A stretch of DNA of 63,986 nucleotides, filler included, from Folioceros fuciformis (lineage: Eukaryota): the NCBI GenBank assembly GCA_049999805.1. It is 4 parts of 4 records of this genome, joined end to end, with 100 filler letters (N's around TTAATTAATTAA, not from the genome) between each part and the next. Parts side by side here need not be neighbours in the genome. Positions count along the whole stretch, not along the records: positions 1 to 30,285 come from JBNGIO010004658.1; positions 30,386 to 59,232 come from JBNGIO010004659.1; 2 more parts are not named here. One strand, written 5' to 3'. Positions 20,297-32,364 of this stretch are shown in pieces. The notes under the pieces were generated by a model. The model was given only the letters and a program-made list of their open reading frames with translations. It was not told the DNA's origin and did no database searches. The first letter of the stretch is position 1; the number at the start of each line of letters is the position of its first letter. A program made the position numbers and the translations under genes.

Positions 20297-22217
20297 ATGG
20301 ACTCCAGGATGCTGGTTTTCGCAGCATACGATCAGCTTTCGTTGCCGCTGCCTGCAGGTCGGTATGTGAGCACATTGCTCCAGAAAAGCTTGCCTTTGAG
20401 TTCCACCCGCTGTTACGTGAAGAGGGGGAGGCATACACAGAAGCAAACGTCCAGCGAAAGCGAAGCGGCGGAATGGGTGGCAAGAGTCATCAAAGATCCA
20501 ATGGTGGAGATAGACCCAGTCACGGTCCATCAGCACATCACGACAGAAAGAAGCGGCCCAGAGCCGGTGCAGGGAGGGACGCAGCAATCAAGCACCTTGT
20601 GGCAGGGAGACATTGTGCCATCTTCGGTTCCAGCTCCAAGAAATAACTCTACAACCCTTGCGGCTGGTGTGGCGGTTATCGCAGCTGCTGTGGTTGCTGT
20701 TGTGGGGATTATTCGGTCACAAAGTAGGAAGGGCATGCGAAACATGTCGGCACTGCCAATTTCTTCAGAGCAGTTGAAGGCATTCCCACTCGCATCTTTC
20801 GAACTGGAGCGGGTAGCAGTCTTTGAAGAAGTCTTGGAGGAGGATGAGAGGTCCCAGGAGGGAATCTTTGTAGCTGCTACTAGCTCTAACCACACCGAAA
20901 AGGCCGATGAAACCACTGTTTCCCGCGGCGCAAGTGCTTATGCTGAAGTTGTGCCGGAATTTGAGGCAACCGAGGGAACAGCTTGGGATGACGTGCAGGT
21001 TATCAGTGATGGACAATCCATCCCTCGTAACTACTGGGTTGTAGCAAAGTCAGCTCCTCCTGCTGGGGAGCTATGGGAGACAAGGGCTTATATCGGAGGT
21101 AGGCCACATGCCTCTGTTAACCTCCCTCCCAGTCTGGCCAGAAACCTGCAAGGTTATACAGGGATGCCAAGCCACTTCCGACAGGCTACACAAGTTACCG
21201 ATTCTGTTTGGAAGCCAGTTCCTGCCTACCGCGTAAATTTATCAAATCCTGAGCCTGAGGGCCTGTGGTCTCAAACAGGTTCCTCCTGCACTTACAATTG
21301 AATGGATTATGGATTTGTCTTGTAGCTCGCTATTGTTGCCAGCTTATTTCTTGAAGGTGTTGAGAGCTGCCACACTCCAGTTTTTGTAAGTAGTTCCTGT
21401 GAGCTGGCAGCTGATCTGGAACACAGGGCCCAGGAAGCGTTTCGGCCCCTCAGTTTTGAGTATTTAAGCCCTGGAGGGACAAGACCTCAAGATGAAACAA
21501 CAAAACAACTTCTCGTAGGTGTCAATACGAAGGTGAGGCTGCTTGTGATGTGGTTTGAGCTTTCCAGCTTCCTGTTGCTGGCAGTTGCAGAATATACTAC
21601 GAAGCAAGTCCAGATGCAGGCACTGAACCAGAGAAGAGACGGTTAATGATGTTTGAGTTTGTAGAGCGTCATGGTCAAGATATCAACTGAGATGTCCTTG
21701 CAAAATCCCCAGTTGTCCTTGCCTTTAGATTGAACTGGTCTGACCTGCAGGTAAAGGACAGACGCGAATCTCTTAATCAGTCACTTGAGGCAGCAATGCC
21801 CGTCATCGTAATAGGAGGGGGAGCAGGTGGCTTTGTTGCTGGAGGTATGTGGCATCCTGTATGTCACCCTTTTGCAGCTCTTTAATGGCGATTTGGGCTT
21901 ATTTCATGGCCTGTCGTGCTCTGACCCTTTTCACAGTCGACGGTGCTCTGGAGATGGTGGGCCTGATCGTCACTGTCAGCTTCATCTCTCACGAGCTTTT
22001 ATGGGCCAAGAAAAGGTGACAAGCCAATCTTGTTGGTCTGTTTTATTTCAAGTTCAGTTCTCCTATCTTGTTCCTGCACACCAGAGTTTGTAGTCTTTTT
22101 CCGACAGTGGAACTGAAGTCACGGATGTTATGCAGGCAGCAGCTGTGGGATGGAATTTCGGATATCTCAGACCACCAGACACTCACAAAATTCCTCAAAT
22201 CAAGGAACATAATTTGA
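20297..22217 (+). CDS. Putative plastid membrane protein with C-terminal CURT1/CAAD- or TROL-like hairpin, 5 exons
   Basis: Five GT-AG exons splice in frame. Transit-like N-terminus, one TM segment, C-terminus ...LEMVGLIVTVSFISHELLWAKKRQQLWDGI...RNII*. Confidence 0.6.
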
Positions 22218-22881
22218 AACGCTGGAAACCAGCGTGAAGCTACTTGGACAGGTTTTCCTCCTTGTGTATCGTATTCCCGACTCAGTTATCTGTGCAAAGA
22301 TGTGCAATTCTACTTGGACTGGTGTCAACATCGCCTAACCATTTGCCTGAGGCCCTAAGATGCTGAGAACGCACCTTGCCTTCGCTGGCTTCTAATTACA
22401 TTACTACATCGAAATTAAAGTCACTAACGGTGTTTACAATTTACGTGGCACCTTACTTCATGTCCACCTAACAAGGATCCTATCCAATTTAGTATATCTA
22501 TGTTTAGCAGATGCCAACCGCTACGTGTAGGTAGTGTCCCTCGTCTACCTCGATGTTGAGACGCACGGTTTCCAAAGCTTGTAGGCCCCACCACCAAGAC
22601 ATGCTGGTTGCACATGGAGCGCCTCATGCCTGACATGACGAGGCTTGTTTTATATCCCGTTTTGGAAAAATAGGGCTTGAGGGAAAGAAGCCCGCTTGTC
22701 TTGTCACATGACCGAATGCATATTGCATCGTGCTAAAGAGACGCTTTTCCTGATTTCTCGGACCGACCGAACTCTGGACTCGGAAGCCAACAAATCCTTG
22801 TGTTTAGCCCTAAGCTCATCCAAGGCGTCGACGCTGCCATTGCCAAGGGATCGAAAGCAGCAACCTTAGCTTTCATTAGAG

Positions 22882-23343
22882 ATGGCGCCGCCTGCGCAAG
22901 GTGTAGTGCAAGCGCTGAAGCGCAAATGGGACCAAGAGTTCGGAGATGAGGAGAAGCTGGCCGGGCATTTGGTAAGGATATTATTCGTGTTTGCGACCAT
23001 GCCGTGCTCGTGTTGTCTCCGGTTGTTGTGTCGAATTCTTCCGCAGAAATGGGAATCCGGATGGCGTAGTTCATGGCAGTGCGGGATGTTGTCTGGAAAT
23101 GCCAATTGGAATACTTTGATCCGGGGTTTGTCGGTTCAGGCATGGGGTTAGATGGATGTGCCACAAGAGCGTTGGACGGCGAAGTTTGTCTGTTTGGTTG
23201 TGCGGGAGCTTGGCAGATGAATCAATCTGCTCTGACTGACATTGCGCCGTGATTGTTTTTGCCAGAGGTTTCTCCGGGCAGCGACCCTTTTTGTAGGGTC
23301 TGTCCTTCTGATACGCAATTTTGGAGATCTCATGGCCGTCTAA
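22882..23343 (+). CDS. TOM5: Mitochondrial import receptor subunit TOM5; exons 22882-22971 and 23266-23343
   Basis: Spliced product MAPPAQGVVQALKRKWDQEFGDEEKLAGHLRFLRAATLFVGSVLLIRNFGDLMAV* matches the plant TOM5 pattern (W..E..DE.K....LRA..F.G.V.L.R..GDLM). The spliced product is absent from the ORF track. Confidence 0.9.
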
Positions 23344-23708
23344 GCGGATATGGGAAACCTGAAGAGGGACTGTCGTTCTATGTCTGCCCGTTGGACACTC
23401 ACGACTTCCTCTGTGTTTCATCCAAGGCGGTGCCATCAATTTTGTCGAGCATGTGTGAACCTCAGCTGCGTAGGGTTAGGTCTGATCCAGTTGCACAAGT
23501 TCTGAGGTGCAGTTGTTTTCGTGGACGTGAAGGATGCGGCTAGCTCTCATGTGTTCGGAGGGGTTTTGTGAGACTGAATTTAAAGAGATTTCTGTTACAC
23601 GTGAATTATCGAGACTGCAGCTTGCTTGTTGCATCCTCGAAAGCCGGCTGTGAAACACGCGATGACTCTTCGGTTTTGTCTGACGCCTCTCCTAGATAGT
23701 CGTCATTC

Positions 23709-24875
23709 ATGGATGGATTAAATGTAGTTGCTTCTCCAAGTTGTAGGGAGAATGTGGGGCAAAAGAGCAGTGAAGCAAATATGTACATGGATGAAAGACT
23801 CTGGGGTAATTTACCTGAAGATGTGATTGACCGGGTGTTGGCTTGGTTGCCGGTATCGAGCTTTTTGCGCTTGCAGACCGTGTGTAGAAGATGGAGCTCC
23901 TTGATGTATTCCAGCAGCTTCTTGGACCTGTGTTCTCACCTCCCGTCTCCTGCACCATATTTTTTCGTTCTGTCCAAAAGGGCAAGCTGGGTGTTTCCGG
24001 TTTACAACTCGGCATCCAATAAGTGGCATGGAATCCCCATCAATCCTCCACTCAGGCCCAGTGTCCCGGTAGCTGCAGCTGGGGGGCTGCTCTGCTACAT
24101 TGCTGGGTTCAGCGGCCACAAGATTATTGGATGTCTCAACGGTTATGACACCTTGCTCGTCTGCAACCCCATCACCAAGAGTTGGAGAGAATTGCCACCT
24201 ATGATCTGCAAGCGCAAGCCAACACTGGTGGGAATGGTCGTGGACAATCAAACGAAGGCTTACAAAGTAGTTGTTGCTGGAGACTACAGTTCTCATGGCA
24301 ACCGCCTCACCACAGAAGTGTACGACTCTAACACTGGTGCTTGGAAGTCAGGGGGCAGCATCCCCGCCGGAGAGGAAGCGTCACACAGAGTGGCTGTCTG
24401 CAACGGTCAAGTCTACTGTCTAGCGCGGGGTTCCAAAAGCTTGCTAGCATACAGTGTGGAGCGGGATGAATGGACAAAGGTTGCTACCAGCAGAATGCCC
24501 GGCTTCCCAGATTCGAGAAACTTGGTGGAATGGAGGGGAGACATTGTGCTGGTCGGGAAGGGCGTAATGCGGCAGATGCGAAGTGTTTACATCTGGTTGC
24601 TGGAGCAACCTTCCATGAAGTGGAAGGAAGTCGGCAAACTACCTCAGACCATTTCTGATGTGCTTCCGAAGAATAAGTCCGACTGCTTCTATTGCAGCGG
24701 CCATGGGGATCTCCTCTTCTTCTGCAGGAACAACAATGCTCAGGGCTTGTTGTACGATCTATCACAAAAATCCTGGAAATGGGTGGCTCGTTATCCTAGC
24801 TCCGGACCTTGTGGCATCCTAGCCTCCATGTTCGCCTTGTCCTCCTTTGAGCCCAGGTTAGATAGCTCCGTGTAA
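23709..24875 (+). CDS. F-box/kelch-repeat protein, single exon
   Basis: F-box LWGNLPEDVIDRVLAWLP...VCRRW, VCNPITKSWRELP, TEVYDS, C-terminal FEPRLD. Confidence 0.9.
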   Translation: MDGLNVVASPSCRENVGQKSSEANMYMDERLWGNLPEDVIDRVLAWLPVSSFLRLQTVCRRWSSLMYSSSFLDLCSHLPSPAPYFFVLSKRASWVFPVYNSASNKWHGIPINPPLRPSVPVAAAGGLLCYIAGFSGHKIIGCLNGYDTLLVCNPITKSWRELPPMICKRKPTLVGMVVDNQTKAYKVVVAGDYSSHGNRLTTEVYDSNTGAWKSGGSIPAGEEASHRVAVCNGQVYCLARGSKSLLAYSVERDEWTKVATSRMPGFPDSRNLVEWRGDIVLVGKGVMRQMRSVYIWLLEQPSMKWKEVGKLPQTISDVLPKNKSDCFYCSGHGDLLFFCRNNNAQGLLYDLSQKSWKWVARYPSSGPCGILASMFALSSFEPRLDSSV

Positions 24876-25253
24876 ATCTCATCCCAATGCCTTGAGGAGA
24901 CCACCGCCACCAACACTATTTTTAGATTCTCAGCAATTCATTCCTCCACCCCCGACTTCCTATGGGTAGTCCAAAGAACGGGCTTCCCAGGCCAGCGCAA
25001 GGAAAGCAAACCAAGGAAATGTTTTATTAGAGTTCTCTCGGGGACATGTCCGTTTAGTAGTACGATGAGGGATGCCATAGGCCCTAGGCTCAGATATCAT
25101 ACACCTACTGATCAACGCAATCTAACAAGAATGAGCATGTTACAAATACAAGGTCCGACATGAACTAGAACTTCTACACTGACTTGACTGTTCAACCGGT
25201 GCTACCTGGCATATTATTAGTTATATAAATATGGCACACACATGACTTGTCCT

Positions 25254-28200
25254 TTACCGTCTAAAGAGTATAGAATCAGTCCATGAAATCACCAGGTCTC
25301 TGGTAACAGCTGGTAATCCTGCAGAAAAACATAAGGTACCCGTGAGGAGACAGGAAACAGCTATTTCAACGAGAACTTGGTTCAGGCATATAGATAGCTC
25401 TCAAGACCGTAATCAGAAAGAACCGGGAACGTACCCTGTATGAGATCTGCAGCCATACTTCGCGGATTCAGGTCTCCTTCTACCAATCTGTATATGTCCA
25501 TCAGCTGCAAGGCATGCATGACATTGATGTTACACACGTCTGGGAAATGCCATTCAAATAACAGCAGAAATTTCGCCTCCAGGTCGGGGAGTACATGGAA
25601 TCTACCTCACTAAGATGTAGTCTTGAGTCCTCTGTTAATGCCATCAAAAGCTGTCGCCGCAACCTGGCATCGGTGGCAACCACACGAGCTCCATCCCTAA
25701 TAGTATCTGAAAGATCCAGTTTCCCACCAACAGCGTTTGCTTTTCTGGCTAATGTAGACCTGCAAAATCAGGTCGTTCCCACTCAGAATGTGAAGGTTGA
25801 GGCCAGAGACGACACGATCTTCTGCATATGTGATGTTTAGAGCATACCTAGACCTCGGAGCAAGAGTTTCTTGTAACGGTGAGTTTCTATTCATCATTTC
25901 TACCTGCTCTCTAGCAAGAACAATAAGGTTCTCCAGTCTTTTCCATTGAAACATTCCATCTTTGAAGAGCACCTACAGAAGATAGCCGCCAGAAGTCAAA
26001 GATCATGTTGGTGGTAACCACGCAATTTTGCATCCATTATGCAAGTAGGACGCTTCCTAGATCATTGCTCCTACCTGGAGAAGGCGCTCTCGTAAGGCAG
26101 GGTCTGGATCAGTCAGGAGTCGCTTCGCAACATAAGGATATGCAACCTAAAACAGTCATCCGCTATGTCTGTCAGTTTCTCTTGGAACAACTGCGGAGAA
26201 GACAAGACAACCCTAAACCAAGGGTACGACGGACTTTCACCTCAAGAAACTTGAAATCAGGCTGCAAACTGAGACAGATGCCCTCCTGTGTAAGCAGTGA
26301 TCGGATGACCAAAGAAAACCTTTCGGGAATGCGGACAGGATACTGGTACACAAGTTGATTGAACTTGCCTGCAAAGACGGCATGCAACGTTTTGGTCACC
26401 AACGTGGGATACAATCTTTCACGTTGACTGACGGAAACACTTCTTACCAGTGACAGACCGGAAGTTGAAGTCAGCCAAGCCCTTTCCAGTAGAGTTCTGC
26501 CAAATCGCTTCAAGGGCTGGTATAATAGGAGTCACATCAGTGCCAGGGGCCAAAAACCCTAGCCTTGTGAAATCTCCTGCCATCTCCGAATAATCTTCGT
26601 TCACAGCATGCACCACCGCATCGATCAAAATTTGCTTGTTTCTCTGTCAGAAAACGCTAACTCCCATCAGTAAAAAATTCTCGCTAGTGACTAGTCACTT
26701 TGTCCTGAAAATGAAGGTGTGAGGCTTGGAATTAGTACTTGACTGAGCTCTGCAACATTTCCGAAATCAACGTAGGCTATGCGACCATCTCGCATTGCAA
26801 AGATGTTGCCTGGATGAGGATCCCCGTGAAAGAGTCCAAACTCCAGAAGCTGTCTGAGAGCTGCACTAACACCCACCGTGATGAAGCCTTCAACGTTTAT
26901 GCCCGAATCACGGATGGCCTGTCACACATCAGCAGATACGAGTGAAGATGGTATCCCTTTACAACTGAAGAGCAGAAAAAGGACGGTTTATCACGGCACC
27001 TGGGGGTCTGTGCACCGAATGCCGTCGATCCACTCCATGACAAGAACACGCGACCCACTTAGATTCCTATAAACACGTGGAATTTTCACAGTTGGGTCGT
27101 TCTGAAAGTTCCTGTAGAAATCTTCAATGTTCCTCGCCTCCTGAGCACGTAAAAGGAAGCGAGAGCATGAACAGGAGTCAGACAACGACTGCCAGCTAAC
27201 AAGGAAAACGGAATTGAACTAACGCAGAAGGATACCAGAGAGTTCAGCATACATACAAGGGTGTAATCAAGTTCTTCAAGAAGCTTCTCCCCAAACTCGT
27301 CAACAATCAGCTCAGCATTACAGCCGAGCTTCTGTATGCTATACCCATTAAAAAGGGAAGCTAAAAATCTAAACAGGTATAGATCCTTGTAGATGATAGG
27401 CTCTATTCCTGGTCTCTGAACCTGCAGTCATGTACACAATCAGGACCAGAAAACCTGGGTGAAGGGTGTGTCCGCAGCTTCAGAATTGGGTGCTGCATGT
27501 ACCTTTACAGCCACCTCCTCATTCGTACCACGAAGGGTACCACGGTAAACTTGACCAAGACTAGCCGCGGCCACAGGTGAGGCAGAAAGTTTAGAGAAAA
27601 CTTGGTCAATGGGTGCACCAAGCTCCTGCTCAATTATATCGAAGGCAATCTGCAGGTAGAGAGGCCAGTGAATGAATCACACTACCTGGGTGTTCGGCAA
27701 TCTAAGGGAACAGGTTTGAATGGAAATGGCAGAGAGGTGCAAGTTCTAGAGCGTCTTTGTACACTCACATCGTTAGGAAAGGCTGGAACATCATCTTGCA
27801 GAATGCAGAGTTCATTCATGTAGTCTTCTCTTATAATATCAGGCCTGTTCGCCAAAACCTGGCACAGCGACCAATACCACACAGTGAGCAGTGGGCAACC
27901 AAATCCATAACCCCCTCACTACGACCCGTGCACCAATCCATTCAGTCTTGCCTGGCCAGCTTTAATAAACGAGGGCCCCAAGTTGCACAGGAGAGTGCGA
28001 AGTTGCTGTGCACGTAGCGGGACCATGTCATCTCCTCTTCCAACAAGACAGTCATACGACAGCTTGGCCCAGTACAGCCCAAGAGACCACAAGATCTCTG
28101 TCCCGCGACCGACAGCCGACAGCAGCGAACCCGGCGAGTCCAATACCTTCTGACGCACCTGCCGAGGCAACCAACCAGCACCTCAAACAACAATTCTCTA

Positions 28201-28674
28201 CATCCTGGAACCATAACTCTTCTCTACAAGTCCAATTAACCCAACCAGACACTGATCCATATCCCTCACCCCTTCCGGAGTGTATTTCCTGAACGGATTG
28301 CACACTCCACGCTCCAAGTCCAGCTCCTCCAAGGCGTCCGTAGCTAGGGCAGCCATCACCTGAGAATGCACCACATACAACGGATTGGAATAATTCGCAT
28401 CGCAACCTAAACCACCACAAGCGCATCACATATCTCCCCTCCCAGCTCACATCTTGCTCCAATTGCGAAAACTGGACCTCCAAACCCCTCCCGATCAACA
28501 CACACAGCGAGAAATGCAGAAGCAGAAATCCGCCATTACAGAACATACAGTAACAGCCTTCCGCCCTCCGTCCACCCGCACCCGGGTGCGCAGAGGCAGC
28601 CTGAAGGGAGCTGCGCCCCCGAGAGCCACCATCCCGCCGCTCCCCAGGGCCGCGCCCGCAGCTGCAGCCGCCAT
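25254..28674 (-). CDS. ABC1K1: Plastoglobule ABC1 kinase ABC1K1/PGR6, multi-exon with one GC-AG intron
   Basis: [73 protein letters not shown], C-terminus ISWTDSILFRR*. Confidence 0.92.
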
Positions 28675-28972
28675 GGCCGCCTCCCCACAAGCTGTGATGC
28701 CCGTAAGCTCCACGCGGACTGTGCGAGCTTGTGTGTCAAGGAAACGGCGGCCACAAGTCCGTGGCCAGCGACATCATCCTGACCACGAAAACCTGAGCAG
28801 CAGACGTCCCGGGCACCTAACCCGCGGTTCGAACCCTGGGTTCCGCTGTCCCCCCGCCCGGACAAGAGCCAAACAGAAAACGGCCGGTCGTCCTTGCTCG
28901 GCAAGAACCCAGCACCCACAACCACAAAATGTGCACGAGTCGACCGCAGATCGAGCGGAAGCAAGCCGGAAC

Positions 28973-30285
28973 ATGGAGGGGCGAGGGGACGCAGATGTGG
29001 AATCAGCGCCCTTGGCGTGCCATGATCCAAGCTCGGACCCGGACCCGGATCTGGATGTCGGCAACGAATTCGAAGCATGCAAGAAGAAACGGTGGGCAAG
29101 CGACATCCTGCTCGCCTTCTGGTCCGCTGCAGGACGCGGGGTGGGGGACAGGGAGGCGCATCCGAGCAGGAAGCGCACCTCCACGGCCTCCACGCTCCTC
29201 GCTCTCATGTTCGCCTGCAGCCTGCTGGTGCTGCACTGGAGCTTCTCCAGGACTGAGCTGATCCCCGGGCGGCGGCCGCGGAACCTACCTCCCGCCGCTC
29301 GCCCCCGGGGCCGGGGGGCGAGCGGGAACGCCACGGCCCGGGTGCTGGAGGAGCTGCGGAGGAACGGGAGCAGCGAGTGCCACAGGCAGCACACGAGAGG
29401 AAGCAGGCTGTTTCTGCAAAGCGAGGACGGGACATCCCGGGCCCTGAGTCCTCCCGACCTGGTGCGCCTCGCCTCCGACACGCTCCATGCGCTGGAGCTG
29501 GTGTCGGTGACGGAGGGCGGGCTCCCGCGCTGCGCCGGCGGGGACTTCTACGAAGTCGACCTGGTGAGCGATGGGTGGCATTCCCGGCCGCCCACCACCG
29601 ACCTGGGCAACGGGTCGTACCGCCTCCTCCTGCGCGTGGATTCCCGATTCGCCCACCAGGACTTCAACCTCTCCGTCACCCTGCTCTTCGACGCCTTCCA
29701 CGGCCTGGACCACGACTGCCAGCCCTGGCAGGTCGGCCTCCGCACCCTCTTGCTCCACCTCCAATTCTTCCTCCCCTTGACGCCGCCTCTGCTGCCGCCA
29801 TTCCGGTTGTCTTCTTGCGGAGAGGCTGCTGATTTGGACTTGCCGGAGTGGAGCGGGAGGTGGACGAGGGGCTGGGGGAATGTTTCCTGCTTGCCCGATC
29901 GGAGCGGGAGGTTTTCCGCCTGCCTGGACCCAACCCACGGAGCGTGCATGGACCATTTCTGCGAGGGCAGGGTGGCGCGGCTGGAGAGCAATGGGTGGGT
30001 GTATTCCGCGCACTGCGCGTTCCGGATCTACGAGGCTCAGGAGGCCTGGGATTGCCTGGCGGGAAGGTGGCTGCTCTTCTGGGGCGACTCTAATTTCCAG
30101 GACACGATTCGGAATTTGCTGCTCTTCGTGCTGGAATATCCAGTGCCGTATTGGAGCACGCTGGCTTCATGGCAGATTCCTAGAAGGTACGAGGAAGCTG
30201 TGGTGAATCCGGGAAGGCCGGATCAGTCCATTCGGATCAGCCTCGTCTTCAATGGCCATTTTCAGGTGGGGGAGGGTGGCCTGGG
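28973..30285 (+). CDS. Type II membrane NXPE/PC-esterase-like protein (At3g06150/At5g19060-like); 3' end lost in gap
   Basis: TM anchor, CAGGDFYEVDL, DLGNGSY, LESNGWVYSAHC, WLLFWGDSN...IRNLL (GDS motif). Confidence 0.8.
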
Positions 30286-31091
30286 NNNNNNNNNNNNNNN
30301 NNNNNNNNNNNNNNNNNNNNNNNNNNNNNTTAATTAATTAANNNNNNNNNNNNNNNNNNNNNNNNNNNNNNNNNNNNNNNNNNNNCGAGAGAATGCGCGA
30401 AAGACAAGACCAACGATGCATTGTTGGTCTTGTCACGTGGGAAGACAAGAACAACAATGGATTCAATTATGCCCACGCTACAATTCCAAGGAACACCTTT
30501 GTACTCCATAGCAAAAGTGGGAGAGACGGGCAAGGGAATAGTTAATGGTGATGTGGCGTGGGTGGGCTAGGGGGAACAGATCGTGGGCGAGGGAAAGGAC
30601 TACTTGCAAAATGAAGCCTGTCATACACCGACAGAGCGAATCCCCTTCGTGGATGATGACATACGGATGTGGCTTCGCCGGTGCACCCCACGCCAAAAAT
30701 TCCGATTCCTTCCAGGGACGGAAGGGCCTTATGGCGAGCATTTGAAGAAGACTCCTCTCTGGTGGTCAATTCATGCATACGGGTGTGGACAGGTGCATTG
30801 CCGGCACCTGCTTTTACAATCTTGACAATGTCAGGCCACATTGCCAGGGCAAATCAAAAGCCACAGCTCAAAGGTCATCGAGTCTGCCACACACCTGCTT
30901 GATCAAGACGTTCTTTTGGTTCACTCGCCCCACTCCCGATGAAATAAACCAGAACTAGACAGCAACACAGTCGGCTGACAACAACAGAATCCATCATCCT
31001 TCGCCTCGTCTCCTCCTACAGGCCTCCACCCTTGCCCTTTTGACAGCAGCAGCCCTGCAAGAAGGACTTCGGCAGCGGCCTACTGAGCAGC

Positions 31092-32077
31092 TTAAAGCAT
31101 GACATAACACCTAGAGCAAATCCTGATTCCAAGCAAATAAGCTACAGCGAAGAGTGAGGTCATCGCCAGGGGCTGGTCAGCAAAGATGGATAGTCGTGAA
31201 TGCAAACAGTCTGCGTTCGTCTCGAAGGGATGCCCGGCAGGCCTCCCTCCATCCCATCTCTGCCAACAGGAAGCGGCATCACATGAGGCATCTTGCATCC
31301 AGGTGACGATTGAGACCGTGGAAGTCCGTGCCACCGCCACTACCGACTTTCCGGTAACCGGCCCAGGCTTGGGGGAACCATCAGGGGCTCCCGGATGCCA
31401 GTCGGGCGCAGTGGACTGCACCTCCGGCAGCTGGAACATCGCGTCCGNNNNNNNNNNGACTGCACCTCCGGCAGCTGGAACATCGCGTCCGAGACCCTCC
31501 GCAGAGTGGGGAACTTTTCCATATCCACCTCGAACGATCGCGCATTGTAAACCTGTGGTATCAGCACCACATCCGCCAGGGTCACCTCATCCCCGAAGCA
31601 AAACCTCCCGGCACTTTCCTCGACCATGCGCTCCAGCGCGGCGAAGCCCTCGAGAACATAGCGCCTGGCCCAAGCGAGCCTAGCCTGGTCCCCCTCCCGA
31701 GCCGCGACCTCCAGCAGCAGCTTGCCGTTCTGGAAGGGCTGGATCCCGGACACCACGACGGCTACCGCAGCGCGCACCGCCGCGCGCTGCCGGAGGTCCA
31801 GGGGGAGGAGGGGGCGGCGGTCCGGGAAGCGCTCCTCCAGGTACTCCAGGCAGGCATTGGAGTCGGGGATGGCTGTGCCGTCCATGAACAGGACTGGCAC
31901 CTTACAGAAGGGGTTGAGGCGGGTGAAGCGGGGCGCAAACTGATGGTCTTTACGAAGATCCACCACTTCGATGCGGAAGGGAATGGCCTTCAGCGCCAGG
32001 GCCAGCCTCACACGCCAGGAGCAGGAGCTGTGCCGGTGCGAGAACAACACCACTTCTGCGCAGGCCTCCTCCGCCAT
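31092..32077 (-). CDS. GSTZ: Glutathione S-transferase zeta (maleylacetoacetate isomerase-like), intronless
   Basis: SSCSWRVR(L)AL, LNP..KVP, SGIQPFQN, GDEVTLADV. Collapsing the duplicated 34 bp around the N gap at 31448-31457 restores the frame to the stop at 31092. Confidence 0.85.
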
Positions 32078-32364
32078 GGAGACACGAGCGGTAGCTAGTT
32101 CTGCTCGTAAAGATGATTTCCTAGCAACTCGTATTGACGAATCTAGTTATTTCTGTGATATGACTTTTGGTGAATTGTTTGTTTCTGTTTTTATTTTTAT
32201 TTTTATTTTGGATGCAAAACATCAAATCCTTTTGCTCTAATGGATATCTTGATCACATAGTAAGAATTTCTCTCATACACTTCAGAACAGTTTAAATATA
32301 TAGGACAGTTGGGTACTACTTAATCTTAAAACTTATTAAAGATGTCTTCAAAATAGGAATCATG

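Noticed and set aside
723-23343. Functional cluster of mitochondrial import genes (PAM18 and TOM5)
   Set aside because: They are ~22 kb apart with unrelated genes between; consistent with chance.
28454-28972. N-terminal part of the 627-aa ORF overlapping ABC1K1 antisense
   Set aside because: GC-rich stop-poor sequence with a non-ATG start; family-like sequence begins after ATG 28973.
30330-30341. TTAATTAATTAA between N-runs (also 59277-59288 and 62918-62929)
   Set aside because: Identical six-frame-stop linker flanked by Ns. It is a scaffolding artefact, so adjacency across these gaps is uncertain.
31414-31491. 34-bp direct repeat around a 10-N gap in GSTZ
   Set aside because: Unmerged contig overlap; collapsing it restores the reading frame.
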